This document shows, in pieces, positions 28,973-36,664 of a DNA stretch of 51,067 bases (the first letter of the stretch is position 1; every line of letters starts with the position of its first letter). A program made the translations under genes and the position numbers. Source of the DNA: Candidatus Methanomethylophilaceae archaeon (GTDB lineage Archaea; Thermoplasmatota; Thermoplasmata; Methanomassiliicoccales; Methanomethylophilaceae); NCBI GenBank assembly GCA_007117455.1, contig SKGM01000023.1, positions 1-51,067 of the forward strand. Direction: 5' to 3'. The notes under the pieces are model-generated. The model ran no database searches. It saw only the letters and a list, made by a program, of their open reading frames with translations, and was not told the DNA's origin.

Positions 28973-29551
28973 TCAGGCACCTCCGGGTTGCTTGACTGAC
29001 AGTCCATGGGCGGAACCCCTGACCCTAAGCACCCTCGGACAGGTTAGAGGGCAGCCAGATACCAATACCGGTGACTCTTCGGACCTTGAGATGTCCTGCA
29101 GCACGTCCAAGGCCCGGGAGAGGAGTTCCCTCGACTCCCTGCGGTCGACATCGGGATCTTGGAACAGCTCCCCCAGAGAACTCACTATCACCAGGGAGGG
29201 CGACTCCTCCACCGTCCGGTCCCGGAGCCGGCCCTCTATTATGGCGCTCATCTGATAAGCGGTGAAGGCACGCGCCAGGATTATCCGGTCCAAGGCCCCC
29301 CTGGGACTCTGCCTCCCCGACCTGAGAAGCCTCAGAAGGAGCAGGGGGTCTATGACGTTACCCCCGTCCACCCATATCACCTTCCCTTCACCCTTCAGTT
29401 TCTCAGCACAGAATGAGTGGGTGACGAGAGAGACCGCCTCCCTTTCCCCTTCCAATGACACTACCTCCCCCGGCCACAGGGAGGGGAGTCGCTCCGCTAT
29501 TCCGGTCAACATCTCGATGCGGGTCTGTCGTGAGGGTGCTTTGGCTCTCAT
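28973..29551 (-). CDS. Inactivated RadA/RecA-like protein
   Basis: WVDGGN..DP, L..I..ARAFTAYQ, LF.D; Walker A degenerate. Start 29551 supported by TATAATA at 29581-29587; the upstream part of the listed 313-aa ORF is antisense shadow. Confidence 0.75.
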   Translation of the reverse strand: MRAKAPSRQTRIEMLTGIAERLPSLWPGEVVSLEGEREAVSLVTHSFCAEKLKGEGKVIWVDGGNVIDPLLLLRLLRSGRQSPRGALDRIILARAFTAYQMSAIIEGRLRDRTVEESPSLVIVSSLGELFQDPDVDRRESRELLSRALDVLQDISRSEESPVLVSGCPLTCPRVLRVRGSAHGLSVKQPGGA

Positions 29552-29661
29552 GCTCGGACAGGTGGAGTCTTTCTGCAGGGTATTATACCGGTAACGAGGG
29601 AGGGAGTTCCGAAAGTGGGCGGCAGAAATATTAAATCGAAATGACGGGATGATATGACGGG

Positions 29662-30114
29662 ATGCATGTGGAAAAGTCTCCTTTGGCTGGAGTGAGGGCT
29701 TCGATCCCCTCGTTGGAGAAATGGCTGGGAATGGCGTTCTCGATAGTGATGTCCGGAGTGTTCTCAAGGATGATAAGGGACCCTGCCGGAGAACGCTACC
29801 ATGATACCCTGGCGATAATGGGGACATCGGAGTTCGCTTTGGTGATGTTGGCCATAACCTTCGTGGTGATCCTCGTCTACTACTACGGAGACCGTCTGGG
29901 GATATGGGTCCCACAGGCCCATCAGTACTATGCTACCATAATCATCTGCCTGGTCGCCCTGTACATGGCGGGATACGTGGCGGTCGACAACCCCCTGGTC
30001 GCAGGCAGCGTGCTGCTGTTCTCAGGCGGCCTACTGACGGTATTGGCGGTAAAGAAGGATTCCTGGGGAATAGCAGATGTGGGAATCCTCAGAAGGCTCA
30101 TCGGCCCTGGATGA
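29662..30114 (+). CDS. Hypothetical membrane protein
   Basis: About four hydrophobic segments; TATA-like AATATTAAAT upstream; start uncertain. Confidence 0.6.
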   Translation: MHVEKSPLAGVRASIPSLEKWLGMAFSIVMSGVFSRMIRDPAGERYHDTLAIMGTSEFALVMLAITFVVILVYYYGDRLGIWVPQAHQYYATIIICLVALYMAGYVAVDNPLVAGSVLLFSGGLLTVLAVKKDSWGIADVGILRRLIGPG

Positions 30115-31201
30115 CTTCCGGGAGGTCCTCCATGGAGTATGAGCGCTTCGGTGTACCCGGTACGGGAGCCCCCCCCTCCTCACGGCGGACGACCTCCGCC
30201 AGGACCGGGCGCGGACGGTATATCCTCCACTTGGCCACTATGTCGTCTATGAGGTCCCTTTCGTAGAGGGCGAAGTATATCACCGTCGTTGTGGCCATTA
30301 TGATTATGTTGAAGAGTATGGACATCCCTATGAATCCACCGACCTCCGCCAGGCTAAGCCTCCTCACCGCACCTATGGTGTAAAGGGCGATGGGGATTAT
30401 GGGGATCGCTATCTTCTTCAGGGTCGTCACGGCACCCTTGTAGAGTCTGAGATCGTGATAGGGGCCCTTAATCCTCACATCGAGGGAACGGAATATGGAC
30501 CAGGGGAGTACCAGGAAAGGAAGGTACAAGGTCAGCAGGAACATCACCAGCAGTATGTACTCCAGAGAGTAGGCTGTCAGAAGTGAGGGGTTGAGGCTTA
30601 TGTATATCCATAGGAACACGCCGATGAGGAATCCCATGCCCATGGTCCGAAGGGTGTCCTCCAAAGGTATGTTCTCGCGGCGCATGTTGTGGTCCATCAT
30701 CAGGTCGTTGGTATTGATGTCATCTGGTATGTTGAAGAAGAACACCAGGATCTTGTCCTTGAGCTCCAGATCCTTGCGCAGACTCATCCCTTCGATCCTC
30801 GCCAATGTACGATAGAAAAGCTTCCTCTGCAGTGTGACGATGACCGCCACCACGCCGAACCCCCCCAGGACCGCGTACACCAGGAAAAGGAGTATTATGG
30901 TCTCTACCCCGTAAGAGTACAGTAAGGCCACCAGGGCCAGGAGTATCAGGGTGTAGTACCAACGGAACCTGCCCGCAAATGAGACCAGACCGACGATGAC
31001 CAATGAGAAGGAGAAGACCGGGATGGCCTCTATGATGGAGTCCACGACACCCATTGCCACCACCGCAACGGTTGCCACGGTGCAGGCCAATAGGGCTAGC
31101 AGGAAAAGTCGCAGCAGGGCTATGTCATAATTGCTGCTGAGGTCCAGCTTCCGTCGTCTTCTCTTACTGGCCAACTTCTCCAATCTCATTATGCCGGGCA
31201 T
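30098..31201 (-). CDS. Hypothetical multi-pass membrane protein
   Basis: Long ORF with two hydrophobic blocks separated by a soluble loop. Confidence 0.7.
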   Translation of the reverse strand: MPGIMRLEKLASKRRRRKLDLSSNYDIALLRLFLLALLACTVATVAVVAMGVVDSIIEAIPVFSFSLVIVGLVSFAGRFRWYYTLILLALVALLYSYGVETIILLFLVYAVLGGFGVVAVIVTLQRKLFYRTLARIEGMSLRKDLELKDKILVFFFNIPDDINTNDLMMDHNMRRENIPLEDTLRTMGMGFLIGVFLWIYISLNPSLLTAYSLEYILLVMFLLTLYLPFLVLPWSIFRSLDVRIKGPYHDLRLYKGAVTTLKKIAIPIIPIALYTIGAVRRLSLAEVGGFIGMSILFNIIIMATTTVIYFALYERDLIDDIVAKWRIYRPRPVLAEVVRREEGGAPVPGTPKRSYSMEDLPEVIQGR

Positions 31202-31232
31202 ATTGATTAACGACGTATAGAATGTTTTTCGG

Positions 31233-31565
31233 TCATTCGACCCATGCTTCCAGTTCTACATCGGCCTTGTCGCCCCGGTATACGCCCAACATGATTACGG
31301 CTGTGCCCTTATCCTCGAAAGGGAAGGGCCCTAGTGTTCCAGACCTCATCCCCTCCTCGAATTTGAGGACCGCCCCTCCGGCATCTGACAGGGCTACATC
31401 GACGGGTGAATCGGACTCCACCCTGACCAGAAGCGATCTGCCTTTCTTGACCTGTATAGGGATCGACCTAACATTGTCATATCCGCCGGGGATGCTGGGG
31501 TCGAAATCACCTATCCTCAGACGCTGCACCGGCATGACCTGCGATCTTCTCCGTAACAGGGCCAT
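31233..31565 (-). CDS. Hypothetical small beta-rich protein
   Basis: Fills gap between co-oriented genes; plausible composition; no family recognised. Confidence 0.6.
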   Translation of the reverse strand: MALLRRRSQVMPVQRLRIGDFDPSIPGGYDNVRSIPIQVKKGRSLLVRVESDSPVDVALSDAGGAVLKFEEGMRSGTLGPFPFEDKGTAVIMLGVYRGDKADVELEAWVE

Positions 31566-31603
31566 GACGGGTGATGGGCGGTCAAGTATTAGGAACTTTC
31601 AAA

Positions 31604-32662
31604 TCACCAGCTCTCCCGGAATGCCAGTCCATACGCTATGTACATATGAAAATCCCGAGGGGACGTCATTGCCCTTCTCAGTAAGGGCCTCAACCTCGCC
31701 CGTCCTTGGAATGGGGCCGCTGCCCGCTCCATGTCGCCATCGCTCCATCCCGCCAGGGTTTCATGGGCCTTCATGTACCACGGCGAGGAAAGTCGCGAGC
31801 GCTCCCACCACCTACGATACCTCTCTGGCTTTCCGGCGATGACTGCTTTTGCTGCCCTCTTACCGGCCACCATGGACGTCCTGATCCCTCCGAAGCTCAC
31901 GGGATTGGCCTGACCCGCGGCATCCCCGACCAGCAGGACGTTGCCATCGGTGACCTGAGGGACGCCGCCGAAGGGAAGGAATCTGCATGCCTTGTCCACA
32001 TATTCATCCAATCGGCTTGTTCCTGCAGGGAATCCAGTGTTGACCAGTCCACCACAGGGGAACTCCCACCGATAACCGCCTCCGTAAGACTCCCCCATAT
32101 GGAACGTAAGAGTTTCCGGGAGGGTCTCGGCCTCCACAAGATACCTCTCCACTGCCAACATCCTCAAGGGCCTGGTTCCGAAGATCTGCTTTCTAACGGT
32201 GGAGAATGCTCCGTCCGCTCCGATCACGTATCTCGACCTCAGTTCGGTGCCGTCATATAGCACGGCCGTGTAGAAGCCTTCTTCCTGCTTCAGTGAGATG
32301 AGTGATCCTACGGCGGAGTGGCCGCCCTCCTCCCTGTACATCCCCTCCAGTCTGTCCAGGAAAGCAGGCCGGTCTATGATGACCCCGTCAAGCCTTTGGG
32401 TTGTCCGCACGCCTCCTGGCCAGTTTATTACTGCCTTATCGACACGGTCCTTGACCGCCCAAGGCCTTATGGGGGTAAGCTCTGAGAACGCCCCCACGCT
32501 GATACCCTCGCCGCAGATGCTGTGGTAGCGTGAGCGTCTCCTGCCTTCCATCCTATCCAGGGTGAGGACTTCGAGGTCATCGCCCATATGACGGAGGAAG
32601 AATGCCGAGGACAGACCTGCAGGGCCTGCGCCGACGACCAGTACATCGATTATCTCCGTCAC
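31604..32662 (-). CDS. Geranylgeranyl-reductase-family FAD oxidoreductase
   Basis: VGAGPAG, CGEGI, GADG, YRWEFP (YxWxFP), GDAAG..NP..FGGI. Confidence 0.85.
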   Translation of the reverse strand: MTEIIDVLVVGAGPAGLSSAFFLRHMGDDLEVLTLDRMEGRRRSRYHSICGEGISVGAFSELTPIRPWAVKDRVDKAVINWPGGVRTTQRLDGVIIDRPAFLDRLEGMYREEGGHSAVGSLISLKQEEGFYTAVLYDGTELRSRYVIGADGAFSTVRKQIFGTRPLRMLAVERYLVEAETLPETLTFHMGESYGGGYRWEFPCGGLVNTGFPAGTSRLDEYVDKACRFLPFGGVPQVTDGNVLLVGDAAGQANPVSFGGIRTSMVAGKRAAKAVIAGKPERYRRWWERSRLSSPWYMKAHETLAGWSDGDMERAAAPFQGRARLRPLLRRAMTSPRDFHMYIAYGLAFRESW

Positions 32663-32688
32663 TCTGGATGTATCATATGGCGCCTATT

Positions 32689-32988
32689 TCATTGTTGTCT
32701 GTCCTTTTCGGATAACCTGAGGAGTAGCTTTAGCGCATCGTCCCAGGAAGCCACGTTGGTTATCTTTGGCCCCAGGCCTGGCACCTCCTGGACCTCATAG
32801 TCATCCCCGTCGAATGCCAGGAACATTAGCTGATATCCCTCTGTGACGAATCCCTCGATGCGGGGATTTGAGACCACTGAGGCCCCATAGTCGTTCTCGA
32901 AGCGGTATATCTTATGGAATCTTCCTCCGTCCATGCAGCCGCATACGCATCGGGCGTTGAGGTCGATCTCGAACTGCTCAATGTCCAT
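32689..32988 (-). CDS. Hypothetical protein (YRFENDYGASVV motif)
   Basis: AGGAG RBS, ATG 32988; compact ORF divergent from the methyltransferase operon. Confidence 0.68.
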   Translation of the reverse strand: MDIEQFEIDLNARCVCGCMDGGRFHKIYRFENDYGASVVSNPRIEGFVTEGYQLMFLAFDGDDYEVQEVPGLGPKITNVASWDDALKLLLRLSEKDRQQ

Positions 32989-33150
32989 GTCCCATTCTCC
33001 TGTGGTTCTTGAACCTCCTTTTGAAAGGAGTGTCACTATTCGTACTAGGGAGGGTGTGTTATTAATATGAGCGTCTTTTCTTTTAATACGCTAATCTGTA
33101 TTAAATTATATACCAAGGGTTTTGTTATTAACGGGCTATAGATTGGAAGG

Positions 33151-33186
33151 AATAGTTAACTATTGTTTGCGAATTAGTAAACTATT
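33151..33186. promoter_or_regulatory. Tandem palindromic operator-like boxes
   Basis: Perfect palindrome AATAGTTAACTATT (33151-33164) and near copy ATTAGTAAACTATT (33173-33186), 22 bp apart, in an AT-rich intergenic region. Confidence 0.5.
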
Positions 33187-33407
33187 TATATTATGTGTAT
33201 ATGCGTTTTTCTTTTCTTGGCCTATTGGCTACTAATATTTTGGTTATTGTGGTCATTTTTTGCATTAGTATATAAAAGAAAAAACCATTTTACTTGTATA
33301 TCTTATAGGTTTATCTGGATATTACATCCATCCATACTGTATTCTTTTAATATTGAAAATAGGGTGTTCAATCTAGAGGCGGTAGGAGATCCGTCATAAG
33401 GAGGAAA

Positions 33408-34052
33408 ATGATGAGCAAAGAGGATATATTGAACGGTTTGAGCGAGGCGGTGGTATTGGGCAAACCTGACCAATCCAAGATGTTCGCTCAGAGGGCGATT
33501 GACGAGAATGTCAATCCTCTGGAGGCCATCAACAACGGCCTGGTGAAGGGGATGTCCATGGTGGGTGACAGGTATGCTGCAAGAGAGGTTTACCTCCCTC
33601 AGGTCCTGATGTCCGCCAACACCATGTACGCAGGACTGGACTTGCTTCTGCCGATGATACCTAGCGAGGATCTATCGGACAAGAAGAGAGTTATCATCGG
33701 TGTTGTCGAGGGCGATGTCCACGACATAGGCAAGAACATTGTCAAGACCATGATGACCGCCGGCGGTTTCGAGGTCAATGACCTTGGAAAGGACGTGCCC
33801 ACAGAGACATTCATAAGCACCGCAGAGTCCTATAAGACCGATGTGGTCGCGATGAGCACGCTGATGACCCCGACCATGGACGGCATGAAGGATGTCGTGG
33901 ACGGTTTGGTGGAGAGCGGTTACCGCGCCAACACCAAGGTCGTCATCGGAGGACCGCCGACATCCCCGGACTTCGCTGAGGAGATCAAAGCGGACCACCG
34001 GGATGCCAACGCCCAAGATTCGGTGGCATGGCTCAAGGAGGCGCTGTTTTGA
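33408..34052 (+). CDS. Methyltransferase cognate corrinoid protein (MtaC/MttC family)
   Basis: B12-binding EGDVHDIGKN, DLG.DVP, S.LMT.T, GG; GAGG RBS. Confidence 0.93.
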   Translation: MMSKEDILNGLSEAVVLGKPDQSKMFAQRAIDENVNPLEAINNGLVKGMSMVGDRYAAREVYLPQVLMSANTMYAGLDLLLPMIPSEDLSDKKRVIIGVVEGDVHDIGKNIVKTMMTAGGFEVNDLGKDVPTETFISTAESYKTDVVAMSTLMTPTMDGMKDVVDGLVESGYRANTKVVIGGPPTSPDFAEEIKADHRDANAQDSVAWLKEALF

Positions 34053-35134
34053 ACCACATCGAGAGGGCTATGGCGGCACTCACCGACGGAGAGGCTGACC
34101 GCCTTACGACGTACCCGATTGCCTGTGGCGTCAACCGCAAGCTCCTCGGTGACAACGTTACCTACGCCGAATGGTGCCGGGACCCCAAACTTTTCGCGGA
34201 CGCCTTCGTCGCCGGACAGAAGTACTTCGACTTCGATTTCGCAATAGGCCTTATGGACCTTTCGGTCATGGCTGGCGACCTCGGAGCGCACGTCCGGATG
34301 GATGATGAGAACACACCTTTTGTGGACAAATACATCGTCAACGATCTGGAGGACTACGAGAAGCTCGAGGTTCCAGATATAAAGGCTGGTCGGACTGGCG
34401 TCCTTATCGAGGGTACCCGTCTGTTCACCGAGAAGCTCAAGGACGAGGTCATCTGCGCCGCATTCCTGGAGGGGCCACTGCTGGCCCTCACCCAGTCCGC
34501 GGGAGCGGAGAGGGTGTTCATGGACATGTTCACCAACCCCTCAGCCGTACACGCTGGGTTGGAAACCATGACCGAGTTCGACGTGCAGATGGTGGAAGCA
34601 TTCAGTGAGACGGGCGCACCTGGGCTGGTCTGGGACTACCTGTGGGGCAACTACTCCTGTCTGGGAGACAAGGAGTATGATGAGTTTGAGGGTGGATCCA
34701 AGTACGCCGGTAAGCTGAACAAGCTGGCGGTGGACCTTGGATTCGCCAACTGCGTCCACAACTGTGCTGACCTTCCTCATCTGGACACCCAGATCAAGAA
34801 GTTCAAGCCCGCCATCTACAGCATGGCCTACTACCCTCTGATACCTGACTCGCCCAGCGCGGGTGAGACCATAGAGAAGGGCTATGCAGATGAATGTCTC
34901 TTGGCTGGGAACATCGACCCCCAGTTCTTCATCCGCGCTAGCGAGGAGAAGATATCCAAGGTCACAGCGGACCTTTGCCAAGAGGTCAAGACCGCACTCT
35001 GCAAGAAGGGACTTAACTCCCGCTACTGCATTGCCAGCGGTTGTGAGGTCCCACCGGACCGCGTCACAAAGCTGGAGAACATCAAGGCGGTTGTGGACGT
35101 TACCAAGGAAGAGGGCGTCCTCGGGGACTGCTGA
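34049..35134 (+). CDS. MtaA/CmuA (uroporphyrinogen decarboxylase fold) methylcobamide:thiol methyltransferase
   Basis: GP motif, Zn ligands HNC and C in ASGCEVPP, GNIDP, ENIKA; TTGA overlap with corrinoid gene. Confidence 0.85.
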   Translation: MNHIERAMAALTDGEADRLTTYPIACGVNRKLLGDNVTYAEWCRDPKLFADAFVAGQKYFDFDFAIGLMDLSVMAGDLGAHVRMDDENTPFVDKYIVNDLEDYEKLEVPDIKAGRTGVLIEGTRLFTEKLKDEVICAAFLEGPLLALTQSAGAERVFMDMFTNPSAVHAGLETMTEFDVQMVEAFSETGAPGLVWDYLWGNYSCLGDKEYDEFEGGSKYAGKLNKLAVDLGFANCVHNCADLPHLDTQIKKFKPAIYSMAYYPLIPDSPSAGETIEKGYADECLLAGNIDPQFFIRASEEKISKVTADLCQEVKTALCKKGLNSRYCIASGCEVPPDRVTKLENIKAVVDVTKEEGVLGDC

Positions 35135-35194
35135 CCGGAAACCATTTCTTTTCTCAAACCTCTTCCAAACCCCTTAAAAAAGAATGTGATAATC

Positions 35195-35866
35195 ATGAAG
35201 GTCTCGCAGATAGCAGGATTCCTGGGGAGCGGAAAGACTACCGCCCTTATGAAGATCGGAGAAGGGTTGGTGAAAAAGGGTTGCCGCATCGCCATAGTCG
35301 TTAACGATGTGGGGGAGATCAGTATAGACTCCAAGTTCGTGGAGGCCAATGGCCTTGAGGCGAGGGAGATAGCCGGAGGCTGCATCTGCTGTCAGATAGC
35401 CGGTTCCTTCGCTGAGACCCTGGTCAAGCTGCACGAGGGGTTCAACCCTGAGATCGTTATCGTGGAACCGTCCGGCGTCGCCATACCTTGGGGGCTTAAG
35501 AGGGCGGCAGAGTACTCGGAGGCCAAATCCGACATGTCCATAGAACACGCCCCAGTGATCACATTGGTGGACGCCACCCGTATAGACATGCTGATGAAGG
35601 CCGTCAGGCGTCTGGTCGAGACCCAGATACGCGAGGCCGATGTTTGTTTCGTCAACAAGGTCGATGCGGCCAAGGCCGAGGATATCGCCAAGACGGAGGA
35701 GCTTATCCGCAACATAAACCCAAGGGCGGAGATAGCCCACCTCTCCTCTGTGACTATGGAGGGGATGGACCTGATATATGACATAATTGTGAATAGGATA
35801 TCACCGCGTTACGACGATGCGGTGGAAGAGGAGCTCCTGCGTAAGGAGTACGACAAGAGGGGATGA
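35195..35866 (+). CDS. CobW/COG0523-type metallochaperone GTPase (GTPase domain only)
   Basis: GFLGSGKTT, VVNDVG, GGCICC, EPSG, NKVD. Confidence 0.88.
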   Translation: MKVSQIAGFLGSGKTTALMKIGEGLVKKGCRIAIVVNDVGEISIDSKFVEANGLEAREIAGGCICCQIAGSFAETLVKLHEGFNPEIVIVEPSGVAIPWGLKRAAEYSEAKSDMSIEHAPVITLVDATRIDMLMKAVRRLVETQIREADVCFVNKVDAAKAEDIAKTEELIRNINPRAEIAHLSSVTMEGMDLIYDIIVNRISPRYDDAVEEELLRKEYDKRG

Positions 35867-36330
35867 GAATGTCCGACGACCACGACCAACTTCACCTGGA
35901 CCTCCATAGGGCCGTGGATGAACTGGGTAAATACGCCATTGTTCTCCATGTCTCATCAGAGGAGGATGTTCCGAAGAGTGAGATATACAGATTCATCAAC
36001 CACATCATGAAACGCTCTGTCCAGGAGTGTATGGCGAACGGGGCGGACATCGTCGGGCATGTCAAGTCGTTCCTGGAGTGCCCTGAGGGCAACATCATGG
36101 GCAGCATAGTCGAGGCCGACCAGGAGGAAGTGGCGATGAAGGACTCCCTGAAAGCGGACCATCTGCGTAACTTCGAGTTCACGATGCATGTTATCGTCCA
36201 TGGCATTTGGGACGACGTGGTCCGGGACCTCACACGTTCCATACTGGACGAGGTGTTTGACGACTATTCTATGGATTTCGAGATATTGGATGACCATTAC
36301 GAGCTGGAAAAGGGAATGGACCATCACTGA
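35863..36330 (+). CDS. His-rich hypothetical protein, probable partner of the CobW GTPase
   Basis: ATGA overlap; GHVKS, HVIVHG, His-rich termini. Confidence 0.72.
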   Translation: MRMSDDHDQLHLDLHRAVDELGKYAIVLHVSSEEDVPKSEIYRFINHIMKRSVQECMANGADIVGHVKSFLECPEGNIMGSIVEADQEEVAMKDSLKADHLRNFEFTMHVIVHGIWDDVVRDLTRSILDEVFDDYSMDFEILDDHYELEKGMDHH

Positions 36331-36339
36331 GGTATTGAA

Positions 36340-36660
36340 ATGATAGGGACTGAGGGATTCTATGATGCGATGATGAGTAAGGGGTTCTCGCCTGCGACAA
36401 TCCGCTCACTTAGGAAGTTCACATGCCCCGACTGCGGGTTCGAGTTCTCGATGATATATGCCAGGACCATAGCCTGCCAAGGCTGCTCCGAGGCCATGAA
36501 GGACTGTCCCAAGGTCAGATGCGCCAAATGCGACCTGGAGATCTGGATAAGGGACACTCCTGAGGTCTTCGGAAAGAACCATGAGAGACTTATGGCCGAT
36601 CACATTTCCAAGGTTGTCACGAAGTACAACCGGGACATGGGATGGAGCGGCAGGAGGTGA
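36340..36660 (+). CDS. Small Cys-rich (Zn/Fe-S) protein
   Basis: CPDC..CQGC..C..CAKC; GAGGT RBS. Confidence 0.75.
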   Translation: MIGTEGFYDAMMSKGFSPATIRSLRKFTCPDCGFEFSMIYARTIACQGCSEAMKDCPKVRCAKCDLEIWIRDTPEVFGKNHERLMADHISKVVTKYNRDMGWSGRR

Positions 36661-36664
36661 GTTC

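Noticed and set aside
29552..29914. N-terminal 121 aa of the listed 313-aa RadA-like ORF
   Set aside because: Overlaps a plus-strand membrane gene and the promoter; TATA position supports a start at 29551.
33193..33399. 68-aa hydrophobic ORF
   Set aside because: Composition explained by the T-rich promoter region; no RBS; codon usage unlike real genes.
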